From the NCBI GenBank assembly GCA_964430475.1, contig CAYSEQ010000002.1:7706-71705 (forward strand): DNA of 64,000 nt, given 5' to 3'. The notes beneath the pieces are model-generated. The model ran no database searches. It saw only the letters and a list, made by a program, of their open reading frames with translations, and had not been told where the DNA came from. The translations under genes and the position numbers were made by a program. Below are positions 39,064-48,256 of the stretch, piece after piece; the stretch's first letter is position 1; the number at the start of each line of letters is the position of its first letter. The stretch is from an uncultured Gammaproteobacteria bacterium (GTDB taxonomy: Bacteria > Patescibacteriota > Microgenomatia > UBA8517).

Positions 39064-39291
39064 ATGAGATTTGCAAAGACGAGCTTTTTAATCCGCGAAA
39101 TTGTCGAGGCTCTTAACTCTCTGGGAGGCTGGGGAAGTTTGGAAATCTTCGTCCAGGATAACAAAGTAACCCAAATCACTAGAAGGGCGATCAAGAAGAC
39201 TAACCACAAGTTACCCTCTCTCGAAGATAAAAAGGAAAAAGAAGAAATTTCTGAAATCCAAAATTCCGATACAATTGTTTCAGTAAGATAG
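39064..39291 (+). CDS. Hypothetical small protein (75 aa)
   Basis: ORF followed by a strong intrinsic terminator. Confidence 0.35.
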   Translation: MRFAKTSFLIREIVEALNSLGGWGSLEIFVQDNKVTQITRRAIKKTNHKLPSLEDKKEKEEISEIQNSDTIVSVR

Positions 39292-39330
39292 CAAAAGAAA
39301 AAAGCGGTCTAATTGCCGACTGCAAACAGA

Positions 39331-39358
39331 GGCGATTCCGTAAGGAATCGCCTTTTTT
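39331..39358 (+). terminator. Rho-independent terminator: 9-bp GC-rich stem GGCGATTCC / GGAATCGCC, loop GTAA, then TTTTTT
   Basis: Read directly from the sequence at 39331-39358. Confidence 0.8.
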
Positions 39359-39554
39359 GGTAATTTGGACTTAAGTTTATAAGACATTTTTAAAAGGATA
39401 AAAAAATGAGAGAAAAAAATTGCCATAAGATTTTCGCCAAAGCGTTTCTAAACAGACTTTCCGTTCGTCTTTCGGAGTTTTCCTTTCTTCGCTGTTGAGG
39501 AAGGTTAAACCCCGATTGATTTGGGAAAGTTGGAAAGGAGGTGAAGAAGAAATT

Positions 39555-40043
39555 ATGGTCAAGAAAATAGCAGCCTTGGCAGGCGGTGCCGCTTTACTCT
39601 TAGGCGCAGCACTTCCAACATTGGCGGGCTTCAATGGTTATTTGTTCAGCAAGGATGTTGCCTTAGTGCAAAATACTGCATATTCAGTTGCTGACACTGG
39701 CGGTAACACCCAAAATGTTACTGCAACCAAAGGTGGCGATGTTGATGATGCTGGTGGGAGTCGCTACATAGACACAGGTGATGCAAGCTCCTACGCTGGA
39801 GCTTTGGTGGTTGCCAATGTCCATAAAGGATGCGGTTGTGAGAGTGGTTTTTACCATAAGGATTTTGCTAAAGTTGAGAACATTGCGGATTCTTATGCAT
39901 TGACAGGTTACAACGCGCAGGATGTTAAGGCCACCAAAGGTGGGGATGTAGATGATGCGGATGGATCAAGAACCATCTACACAGGTGGCGCCACCTCAAT
40001 CGCTAGGGCTTGGACCTTAACCAATATCCATTGGGGTAACTAA
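39555..40043 (+). CDS. Secreted repeat protein (two ~45-aa TGGN…GGDVDDA…TG-A-S repeats)
   Basis: SD AAGGAGGTG 8 nt upstream of the ATG at 39555. Signal peptide MVKKIAALAGGAALLLGAALPTLA. Internal duplication …DTGGNTQNVTATKGGDVDDAGGSRYIDTG… / …TGYNAQDVKATKGGDVDDADGSRTIYTG…. Confidence 0.6.
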   Translation: MVKKIAALAGGAALLLGAALPTLAGFNGYLFSKDVALVQNTAYSVADTGGNTQNVTATKGGDVDDAGGSRYIDTGDASSYAGALVVANVHKGCGCESGFYHKDFAKVENIADSYALTGYNAQDVKATKGGDVDDADGSRTIYTGGATSIARAWTLTNIHWGN

Positions 40044-40160
40044 GCCCTTCTTTGGAAGCTTTCTTGAGTACCGGGGATGGGTTTTCAACAGCGAACCCTC
40101 CCCGGGAAAAGAAAGCAAAAAAGTAGTTAGTAGTTGGTTGTAAGTTGTAAGAATAAAAAA

Positions 40161-43034
40161 ATGAGAAAGAAAATATTTAGAAGTTTAATTTCAATAACTT
40201 TATCTTTTCTTTTGGTTGTTAATCCGGTTGTAGTAAGGGTTGCACTGGGCGAGGAACTAGCCAGTCAGGAACAAAATACCCAAACAGAGTCAACCCTCTC
40301 CTCATCCGAACCTAACTCCCAGGAAACAGCTCAAGAATCAACTTCCCAAACTCAAGAGGAATCCTCTCAACCCCAAGATACAGTCCAAGGTGAGACTCCG
40401 GCTTCTTCCGATGAATCCCAAAGCACTTCTTCAATTGAAACAGGCGACGCAAACGCAACCTCAAGTGTTGATACTACCGCAAATGTCAACGAAGATACTG
40501 CAACCGGAAATCTTGAAAGTGACGAGGGAAGTTGCACTCCTCCCGAAGGGGAAACCTCCTGTCCCGAGGATATTGTTATCTCAAACACGAACGAGGCACA
40601 AGTTTCGGATTCTTCCTCGTCAACTTCTTCAACAGGAAACAATTCAATTTCGCAAACTCAAGGGGATGCAGAAATTGCCACAGGAGATGCGACTTCAAGC
40701 GGGACAATTGACTTGGTTGTCAATGTCAATAGCTTAACTTTTGAAGGAGAAGAAGAGGCAACTACCTCAGGAGAGCCTACCGAAGAGATTGTGGAGTCAA
40801 CGCCTCAGGAAAATTCAGACGAAGGGAAAACTCTTGAGATTGAGAATTCAAATAGTGCAGAGGTTGAAAATAGTCTTGATTCAAGTGCTGATACAGGCAA
40901 AAACCTTACCCAAGAAAACGCCGGGGATTCTTTAATAACTACAGGAGACGCCCAGGCTTTGGCAAATATTGCAAATCTTCTTAACTTAAATATAGTGGGT
41001 TCGGATTTTCAGATAGAGGTTTCAGATTATGAGGAAGGGTTGACAGGAGATATTGACTTCAACCAGCTTTGGAGGAATCTTCTCGTGGATTCGGAATTTG
41101 CAGAAGTAAACATTGATTCAAGCGGAAATATAGTCCTTTTTGATATTCAAAATCAAAATGAGGCGGAATTAACTAACAATGTTGCAGTCTCATCCAATAC
41201 CGGCAAAAACACCTCAGTCTCAAATCAGGGAGATTCTGTTGTAAAAACAGGAGACGCTTATTCTTTGGCAAATGTTGTTAATTTTGTGAATTTAAATCTT
41301 TTCGGTTCAAAGTTTTATCTGGGAATCGTTAATATTTTAAGAATTTTTAACGGAAATCTTATCATCCCCAGGCCGGACTTGATTTTGGATTTTAGTGATA
41401 ATTCCCAAGCAAGTGCTCAAGGGGAAAAGAAAGTCGTTTTTGAAAATCAAAATGAGGCGGAGATTACAGATACATTAACTTCCTCGGCAACAACCGGAAA
41501 CAATACTTCCTCCGAAAACCAAGGGAACAATACCATCACAACCGGCAACGCCCAAAGCCAGGCAAACTCCTTTTCTTTTGTGAATACAAATATTTTTAGA
41601 AATAACTGGTTTTTCTTGGTTATCAATAGCCTCGGAAACCGCGCAGGCAAAGTATTTGGTTGGTTTTCCCCAAGTAGCGTTTCCCAAGCAGAAACAGGTG
41701 CTCCTTTGATTTACGAACAAGGACTATCAGAAGAAGATTCGGAGTTTGAGAGCCAACCCGACCAGGCCCTTATTAACCAAATAACTAGCGAAATAAGCTT
41801 TAGAAACAGCAACAAGGCAACACTTAAAAACAACATCGCTACCTCTGCAAACACAGGTTCAAATATTTCTTTGGGAAATGCCGGAAATTCAAGTATTCAA
41901 ACTGGAAACGCATTTTCTTTGGCAAATCTTTTCAACTTAGTTAATTTGAATGTCTTGGGTTCAAGGTGGTTTTTGGGAGTGGTTAATATCTTGGGAGATT
42001 GGCAAGGAGATACAATTGTTGCCTATCCGGATTTGACCATCGCGATTGGTGGGGGACAGAATGAGGCTGAAGTTGGAAGCACTTTAGAATATCAAGTTGT
42101 TTATAAGAATCAGGGATACGACCTTGCTAAAAATGTTGGAATCAGCCTAACTTTACCAAAGGGTTTGACCTATATTTCGGACACAAGCGGGTTTACGGGA
42201 TTAAGTTCAGGAGATAGAATTGATTGGATTTTGGGTGATTTAGCAGCGCACCAGGAGGGAAGTTTCAGCGTTTTTTTGAGAGTTGAGCCTTCCGCGCTTG
42301 AGCAAGAAAGCACCTCGTTTTTCCCAAGTATCGTCAAAGAAGTTTATGCTGAAACGCAAGGAAAAGAGGCGGTTGTTGTGACCAATGTTCAAATAGGAAC
42401 GCTTGATCCTGAAACCGACCTTAGCAACAATACCTCAAGTTCAAGCCTTACGGTATTCGAGAAAGAAGATACACCTGACAACCGACTTCCGGTTTTGGAA
42501 ATTACTGCCAAAAACAATGTCAACGATTTCGTCTATCCGGGAGATGTTGTGAGTTTTGAGGTGAGAATTGTAAATAGCGGTGAGGTTGAAGCAAGAGATG
42601 CTTATTTTGTTCAGACTCTTCACAACGGTGTCCCGGGGGATTTTGGTAAGGCGGTTATCCAACTTGGCACTCTAAAACCCAAACAAGAAGGCGTTTTAAG
42701 ATTTGGCGTGGCGCTTTCAAATGGCCACACTCTTCCTGAAGGAAGATATCATACCGAAGCTTATGTTGTAGGATATGCCCCGAATGGCCAAGAAGTTCAG
42801 TCAAATACCGCAAGGACAGATTTTAGGATAGTCTACAAGGTTGCAAGTTTATTGATACCTGATGTTAATGCAGAAGAAGACATTCAGCCTGTAAGTAGTG
42901 TTTCTTGCCAAGCTCCTCTAAAGCCGAAAGAAGATATTCTTCCCTTTGTCCTTTTGCTTTTGATGTCTTCTATGTATATCAGTCGATGGGGAAGGGATAA
43001 GCTTGCTTTACGCCAAAATGAGGGCAAAAGTTAA
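40161..43034 (+). CDS. Large (~958 aa) surface protein: acidic S/T-rich N-terminal region, >=6 copies of a ~40-aa TGxN…GD…TGxAxSxANxxNxVNLN repeat, a DUF11-like domain and a C-terminal membrane anchor
   Basis: Repeats such as SSNTGKNTSVSNQGDSVVKTGDAYSLANVVNFVNLNLFGS and SANTGSNISLGNAGNSSIQTGNAFSLANLFNLVNLNVLGS. DUF11-like …GQNEAEVGSTLEYQVVYKNQGYDLAKNVGISLTLPKGLTYISDTSG…. C-terminal hydrophobic stretch. Confidence 0.65.
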   Translation: MRKKIFRSLISITLSFLLVVNPVVVRVALGEELASQEQNTQTESTLSSSEPNSQETAQESTSQTQEESSQPQDTVQGETPASSDESQSTSSIETGDANATSSVDTTANVNEDTATGNLESDEGSCTPPEGETSCPEDIVISNTNEAQVSDSSSSTSSTGNNSISQTQGDAEIATGDATSSGTIDLVVNVNSLTFEGEEEATTSGEPTEEIVESTPQENSDEGKTLEIENSNSAEVENSLDSSADTGKNLTQENAGDSLITTGDAQALANIANLLNLNIVGSDFQIEVSDYEEGLTGDIDFNQLWRNLLVDSEFAEVNIDSSGNIVLFDIQNQNEAELTNNVAVSSNTGKNTSVSNQGDSVVKTGDAYSLANVVNFVNLNLFGSKFYLGIVNILRIFNGNLIIPRPDLILDFSDNSQASAQGEKKVVFENQNEAEITDTLTSSATTGNNTSSENQGNNTITTGNAQSQANSFSFVNTNIFRNNWFFLVINSLGNRAGKVFGWFSPSSVSQAETGAPLIYEQGLSEEDSEFESQPDQALINQITSEISFRNSNKATLKNNIATSANTGSNISLGNAGNSSIQTGNAFSLANLFNLVNLNVLGSRWFLGVVNILGDWQGDTIVAYPDLTIAIGGGQNEAEVGSTLEYQVVYKNQGYDLAKNVGISLTLPKGLTYISDTSGFTGLSSGDRIDWILGDLAAHQEGSFSVFLRVEPSALEQESTSFFPSIVKEVYAETQGKEAVVVTNVQIGTLDPETDLSNNTSSSSLTVFEKEDTPDNRLPVLEITAKNNVNDFVYPGDVVSFEVRIVNSGEVEARDAYFVQTLHNGVPGDFGKAVIQLGTLKPKQEGVLRFGVALSNGHTLPEGRYHTEAYVVGYAPNGQEVQSNTARTDFRIVYKVASLLIPDVNAEEDIQPVSSVSCQAPLKPKEDILPFVLLLLMSSMYISRWGRDKLALRQNEGKS

Positions 43035-43339
43035 GAAATTTTCTAAACTTTTTGGAGAAACTACATTATTAATCTTTGCTATTTTTGTCTTTTTATATTC
43101 TTTATACAAGGTAGGCGTTTATCTTAAGGATTTTGTTTTTTCGTCTCCAGGTTTTTAATTTTTTATTATATATCTGCCCACAGTTTTTATAAGTAACCTG
43201 TAATAAAATTAGAACGCTATACTCAAAAATATTTAAAAGTTTTGCCTCAAAGACTTTTAAATTTGCACTTTAGTCAACTTCCAAAATATTTAAAACAAAA
43301 AAGGGTTGAAACAGATTTTATAAGTGTTTAATATGGATT

Positions 43340-44293
43340 ATGATGAACTTTGCATTAGCTTTAAGACACTATTTTTTTCCGGGACATTCTAACAACCACA
43401 AAGCAAAGATAATTCATTCCTCAAGCATATTCCTTATTTCGTTTATTTTGCTTGTATATCAGTTAATTTTGCAATCGTTTCCGATTATTGGAGTAAAAGT
43501 CCTAGGATACGCTGCATTTATCTCAACGGATGAGGTAATCAAACTTACTAACGCTAAAAGATTGGAAGCCGGTCTCCCGCCACTTTCTTATAATCCAAAG
43601 CTTGCAGAGGCTGCCAGGAAAAAAGGCGAACACATGCTGCAGTATGATTATTGGGCTCATATCGCTCCTGATGGGACTGAGCCTTGGAAGTTTTTTGTTG
43701 ACGAAGGTTATAGGTATAGGTACGCTGGCGAGAATTTAGCCAGGGATTTTTCTAACGCGGCAGATGTGGTGAATGCTTGGCTTGCTTCTCCTTCCCATAG
43801 GGAAAATATGCTTTCTTCTAAATATAAAGAAATTGGAGTTGCGGTTGTTGAGGGAGATTTAGGAGGTGTGGATACTACCTTGGTCGTTCAATTTTTTGGC
43901 ACATCTCAGTCAGGTGTAGTGGCACAGGTTCCAGGAAGCGCTTCTTCTGATCTTAATGCTACCTCAAAAACTACCGAGATCACAATTACTCCTACACCCA
44001 CTTTGATTCCACAGGGGTTTGCTTTTGTCTCTCCTGAGCCTACTAAGATGCCCACCATTGCTTCTTTACCAAGCCAAAAGGAAGGTTTCAGGGTTCTAAT
44101 ATCGCCGTTTCAAACTACTAAAGGTATATCAATTGCTACAACCCTGGTTTTGTTAGTCGTCATGGTAATAGATGGATTGGTAGTTGCAAGAAACAGAATT
44201 CCAAGAGTAGGAGGAAGAACTTTTGCACACCTTGCCTTTTTAGGGATGATATTAGCTATTGTCTTAGTTGCAAGGGCAGGTGAAATATTATAA
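43340..44293 (+). CDS. CAP/SCP/PR-1 (YkwD-like) domain protein with N- and C-terminal TM segments
   Basis: …GEHMLQYDYWAHIAPDGTEPWKFFVDEGYRYRYAGENLA…AWLASPSHRENML… CAP motifs. Confidence 0.65.
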   Translation: MMNFALALRHYFFPGHSNNHKAKIIHSSSIFLISFILLVYQLILQSFPIIGVKVLGYAAFISTDEVIKLTNAKRLEAGLPPLSYNPKLAEAARKKGEHMLQYDYWAHIAPDGTEPWKFFVDEGYRYRYAGENLARDFSNAADVVNAWLASPSHRENMLSSKYKEIGVAVVEGDLGGVDTTLVVQFFGTSQSGVVAQVPGSASSDLNATSKTTEITITPTPTLIPQGFAFVSPEPTKMPTIASLPSQKEGFRVLISPFQTTKGISIATTLVLLVVMVIDGLVVARNRIPRVGGRTFAHLAFLGMILAIVLVARAGEIL

Positions 44294-44306
44294 ATTTTTA
44301 AATAAC

Positions 44307-44567
44307 ATGAAGTCACTCTCAAAACATCTGCCTCACTATCTTCCACTTTTAGGGATATTGCTGTTGGGTTTTTTGGGATTTGTGAGTTTTTCCTATGATA
44401 AAGAATTTCAAGCAGCTTTGGTAATTTCAACCGCAGTAGGTTATTTAAGTTGGGGATTAGTGCATCACTATATTCATAAAGATTTGCACACTTCAGTGAT
44501 TGTTGAGTATTTGGCAATTGCCACACTTGGAGTTGTTGTTGCTTTTTCTATAATCTTTAGAGGTTAA
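44307..44567 (+). CDS. Hypothetical small membrane protein (3 TM)
   Basis: Hydrophobic ORF. Start chosen at MKSLSKH. Confidence 0.35.
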   Translation: MKSLSKHLPHYLPLLGILLLGFLGFVSFSYDKEFQAALVISTAVGYLSWGLVHHYIHKDLHTSVIVEYLAIATLGVVVAFSIIFRG

Positions 44568-45510
44568 TCTTTTTAAGAAATTCCCTAAATTCCTTTCCTA
44601 TATCCTCTCTTTCAAGTGCGAATCGGACTTGGGTTTGCATGTAGTGTAGTGGGTCTCCAGTCGTTAACCATTCTCCTTCAACCGGTTGAGCAATTACCCT
44701 TTTACCCTTTTTTGCAAGATTATTGAGAACATCCGAGACCCAAAGTTCATTATCTTTACCGGTCTTGGTTTTTTTCACTTCTTTGATTACATCGTAGGTA
44801 AAGACAAATCTGCCGAATTGTGCCATGTTTGAGGGATTCTTACCCAATGGCATTTTTTCCAGTAAACTCTCGATTTCGTATTTGTATTTAGCCCGTTTTT
44901 TGTATTTTACAGTCCCGTATCTTTCAACCTCTGAGTCTGGAACCTCTTGAACTGCCAGGATTGCTGAGGGTATTTCCTTATAAAAGACATTGATAAGTTG
45001 TTGAATGACGGGCTTTTTAGAAATTGTCAAGTCGTCACCAAACATGTATACGAAGACCTCGCTGCGATCAATAAGAGGTGCTGCTACAAGAAGCGGTGTT
45101 GCGTTTCCATAAGGGAGGTTTTTCTTCTGTCTTACATAAATAAAGTTTGCAAGATTCGGAATTCCTTTTATCGTTTTGAGTAAGTTTTTCTTGTTATTGC
45201 TATCCAATATCTTTTCAAGCTCCACATGGCTATCAAAATAATCCTCCATTATCCACTGTCCTAGTCGAGTAACTATTATTATGTCTTCTATTCCTGAGGC
45301 GACACACTCCTCAACTAGATGATGAATTATTGGTTTATCAATAATCGGAAGCATTTCTTTGGGCTGATTTTTGGTTGCTGGTAGGAACCTTGTCCCATAA
45401 CCGGCAGCGGCAATGATTGCCTTTTTGATTTTGATTTCTCGATAAGGGGAAGAAGAGGTATTTTTTCTTTGTTTGCCAGTAAGCAAGGTTTTTTCTTTCG
45501 CCTTTTTCAT
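44557..45510 (-). CDS. galU: UTP--glucose-1-phosphate uridylyltransferase
   Basis: …AIIAAAGYGTRFLPATKNQPKEMLPIIDKPIIHHLVEE… GalU N-terminal signature. Confidence 0.85.
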   Translation of the reverse strand: MKKAKEKTLLTGKQRKNTSSSPYREIKIKKAIIAAAGYGTRFLPATKNQPKEMLPIIDKPIIHHLVEECVASGIEDIIIVTRLGQWIMEDYFDSHVELEKILDSNNKKNLLKTIKGIPNLANFIYVRQKKNLPYGNATPLLVAAPLIDRSEVFVYMFGDDLTISKKPVIQQLINVFYKEIPSAILAVQEVPDSEVERYGTVKYKKRAKYKYEIESLLEKMPLGKNPSNMAQFGRFVFTYDVIKEVKKTKTGKDNELWVSDVLNNLAKKGKRVIAQPVEGEWLTTGDPLHYMQTQVRFALEREDIGKEFREFLKKINL

Positions 45511-45610
45511 ATGTGTTAGTTTTATTTTTTTATTCCAAGTCCAGATGCATTATATCACTATTGAAATTTGCCTGTTAATCTTAGAAAGGATATAATTTTA
45601 CTATAAATTT

Positions 45611-46108
45611 ATGAAAAATAATCAATTTTTTAGTCCAACAAAGGGATCAATAAGCGCGTTAGAAATGATTGACGAGATCGCCTCATTTATTGATGAGGAA
45701 CCGAGTAAATTTTACCGACTGGTTATTGGTACAGACAGTCAGGTAAGAAAAATTAATGGAGAGTCTGAAATTGATTTTGTTACTGCGATTGTGGTTCACC
45801 GAATTGGAAAAGGAGGGAGGTATTTTTGGAAAAAGGAAAAAAGGAATGGGCGTCCTCCGGTTCTACGCGATAAAATTTACACAGAGACACTAATTTCTCT
45901 TGATGTTGCCCAAGAGATAGTTCCTAAGATTAGAAAACTTATTTCTCCAGGAAAATACGACCTTGAGATCCATATAGATGTGGGGTCTTTGGGTCCAACA
46001 AGGGAGATGATTCGTGAAGTAGTTGGAATGGTGAATGGAAATGGGTTTATAGCAAAAACGAAACCAGATTCGTGGGGAGCCTCAACGATCGCAGATAAAC
46101 ATACATAA
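45611..46108 (+). CDS. Hypothetical protein preceding archease-rtcB
   Basis: 165-aa ORF (…LVIGTDSQ…DFVTAIVVHR…). No confident family assignment. Confidence 0.4.
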   Translation: MKNNQFFSPTKGSISALEMIDEIASFIDEEPSKFYRLVIGTDSQVRKINGESEIDFVTAIVVHRIGKGGRYFWKKEKRNGRPPVLRDKIYTETLISLDVAQEIVPKIRKLISPGKYDLEIHIDVGSLGPTREMIREVVGMVNGNGFIAKTKPDSWGASTIADKHT

Positions 46109-46167
46109 TCTAGGTTTTTTAAGTCTTAAGGGACTTGCCTTCCCTTATATAAAAAGACTTAATCCAG

Positions 46168-46602
46168 ATGAAATTTAATTTTTTGGCCAATGTAGCAACC
46201 TCGGATCTTGCATTTGAGGCCTTCGGAAAGGATTATAATGAGCTTTTTGGAAATGCAGCGCTAGCTTTAGAATCTGCACAAGTTGATTTGGCAAGTGTCA
46301 AACCTAATATTGTTAAAAAGATTAAGATTAAGGGTGGATCTTTAGAAGATCTACTTTTTTCTTTTCTTGAAGAATTGGTATTTCTTAAGGATTCCGAGCA
46401 AATGTTATTTAGTCAAGTAAGTTGCATAGTTGAGACGGATGACGCTAACTTCATTTTAAAAGCTAAACTTAGGGGTGAACGAATTAATCCCCAAAAACAT
46501 AAATTAGGAGTTGATGTAAAAGCAGTAACTAAGCACTTATTTAAAATTGAAAAAAGACCTCTTAAAAAAGATCTTATGTGTAGGGTAGTCTTAGATGTAT
46601 GA
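46168..46602 (+). CDS. Archease (RtcB activator)
   Basis: 144 aa. Position directly upstream of rtcB. N-terminal …DLAFEAFG… resembles the archease HTADxA/E region. Confidence 0.6.
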   Translation: MKFNFLANVATSDLAFEAFGKDYNELFGNAALALESAQVDLASVKPNIVKKIKIKGGSLEDLLFSFLEELVFLKDSEQMLFSQVSCIVETDDANFILKAKLRGERINPQKHKLGVDVKAVTKHLFKIEKRPLKKDLMCRVVLDV

Positions 46603-46687
46603 GACTTCGTTGAAATTTTCTTCTTCAGAATTCTTCAAGCCCTGTCCTTTTGTTTAAAAAAAGAAGTGATAAAATAAAGCAAAAAAT

Positions 46688-48151
46688 ATGGAAGCAAAAC
46701 TTTTTGAGAGATTCAAAAAGGTTGAAGAAGGAATTTGGGAATTACCTAAAACATACCGAAAGGGGATGAAAGTTCCAGTCAGGATTGTTGCGACGGAAAA
46801 AATTTTAAAAGAGTTAGACGATGGAGCGGTTGATCAGGCTGTCAATGTCGCACAATTACCAGGAATTGTTGGTGCTTCCTGGATGATGCCTGATGCGCAT
46901 TGGGGATATGGTTTTCCTGTTGGGGGTGTGGCGGCATTTGATCTTGAAACTGGCATAATATCCCCAGGAGGAATTGGATTTGATATAAATTGCGGAATGA
47001 GATTGTTAATTACTAACCTCAGTGAAAAAGATATCAAACCCAAAATCTCCAAACTAATTGATCATCTTTTTTCTTCTATTCCCATTGGAGTCGGTGCTTC
47101 AGGGTCTATTAGACTTAATACTTCAGAGTTTAAGGAGGTGATGTTTAAAGGAGCTTCCTGGGCAATAGAAAAGGATTTGGGTTGGGATGAAGATATTTTT
47201 GCCATTGAAGAGAATGGAGTCATTAGTGGGGCAGATCCGGATGCTATTTCGGAGAAGGCTACATTAAGAGGAATAAATCAGCTTGGGACATTGGGGAGTG
47301 GAAATCATTATCTTGAGGTTCAGAAAGTGGAAAGGGTTTTTGATTCAAAAAGAGCAAGCGAATGGGGTATAGAGTCTGAAGGTCAAGTTGCAGTAATGAT
47401 TCATTGTGGGAGTAGAGGTTTTGGACATCAGGTAGGGAGTGATTATCTAAGTTTGTTTGAAAAGGCGATGGAAAAGTACGGGATAAAAGTACCCGATAGA
47501 CAGCTGGCTTGCGCGCCAATTAACTCCCCTGAAGGCAAGCGCTACCTTTCAGCTATGGCATGTGCAGCGAATAATGCCTTTTGCAATCGCCAAATAATTA
47601 CCCACAAAGTCAGAGAAGTTTTTTCGTATATTTTTGGAGTGTCTCCAAGGAAACTGGGAATGAAGCTCGTATACGATGTAGCTCATAATATAGCAAAGAA
47701 AGAAAGTTATAAGGTTAGTGAGACTGGTTCAGAAATTAATTCCACAAAAGACAAAGAAATAAAAAATTTTGAGAAAGACTTAATGGTGCATCGAAAAGGG
47801 GCTACGCGTGCATTTCCTGATCAGCCTGTAATTATTGGCGGTTCAATGGAAACAGGGTCCTTTCTTTTGGTCGGGACATTGGATGCCGTAAAGAAGACTT
47901 TTGGATCAACCGCTCATGGGTCAGGTAGAACAATGAGCAGAACGAGGGCCAAAAAGATTATTGAGGGTAGGTCTTTACAGAAGAATATGCTTTCAAGGGG
48001 CATTTATGTGAAATCTGCATCGTTTTCCGGGCTTGCCGAAGAAGCAGGTATTGCTTATAAGGATATCTCAGAGGTAGTTAAGAGTGTTTCCCTAGCTAAT
48101 ATTTCCCAACCTGTAGTGTCTTTTAAGCCTTTAGGTAATATAAAAGGTTAA
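46688..48151 (+). CDS. rtcB: RNA-splicing ligase RtcB (3'-phosphate/5'-OH RNA ligase)
   Basis: …GFDINCGMRL…, …GSGNHYLEVQ…, …HCGSRGFGHQV…, …AHNIAKKE…, …HGSGR… metal- and GMP-histidine motifs. Confidence 0.9.
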   Translation: MEAKLFERFKKVEEGIWELPKTYRKGMKVPVRIVATEKILKELDDGAVDQAVNVAQLPGIVGASWMMPDAHWGYGFPVGGVAAFDLETGIISPGGIGFDINCGMRLLITNLSEKDIKPKISKLIDHLFSSIPIGVGASGSIRLNTSEFKEVMFKGASWAIEKDLGWDEDIFAIEENGVISGADPDAISEKATLRGINQLGTLGSGNHYLEVQKVERVFDSKRASEWGIESEGQVAVMIHCGSRGFGHQVGSDYLSLFEKAMEKYGIKVPDRQLACAPINSPEGKRYLSAMACAANNAFCNRQIITHKVREVFSYIFGVSPRKLGMKLVYDVAHNIAKKESYKVSETGSEINSTKDKEIKNFEKDLMVHRKGATRAFPDQPVIIGGSMETGSFLLVGTLDAVKKTFGSTAHGSGRTMSRTRAKKIIEGRSLQKNMLSRGIYVKSASFSGLAEEAGIAYKDISEVVKSVSLANISQPVVSFKPLGNIKG

Positions 48152-48256
48152 TATTGAGTCTTTATCGGAAGTGTTATAAGATAATTACGCGATAAAATTG
48201 ATCCGGTTTCACTATTCTATATAGTGTCAGGTCCATTTTAATCAGTTTATCAAAGG

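Noticed and set aside
44110-44526. 138-aa minus-strand ORF spanning the end of the CAP gene and the small membrane-protein gene
   Set aside because: It overlaps two plus-strand genes with good signals, lacks an RBS and has atypical composition. Likely spurious.
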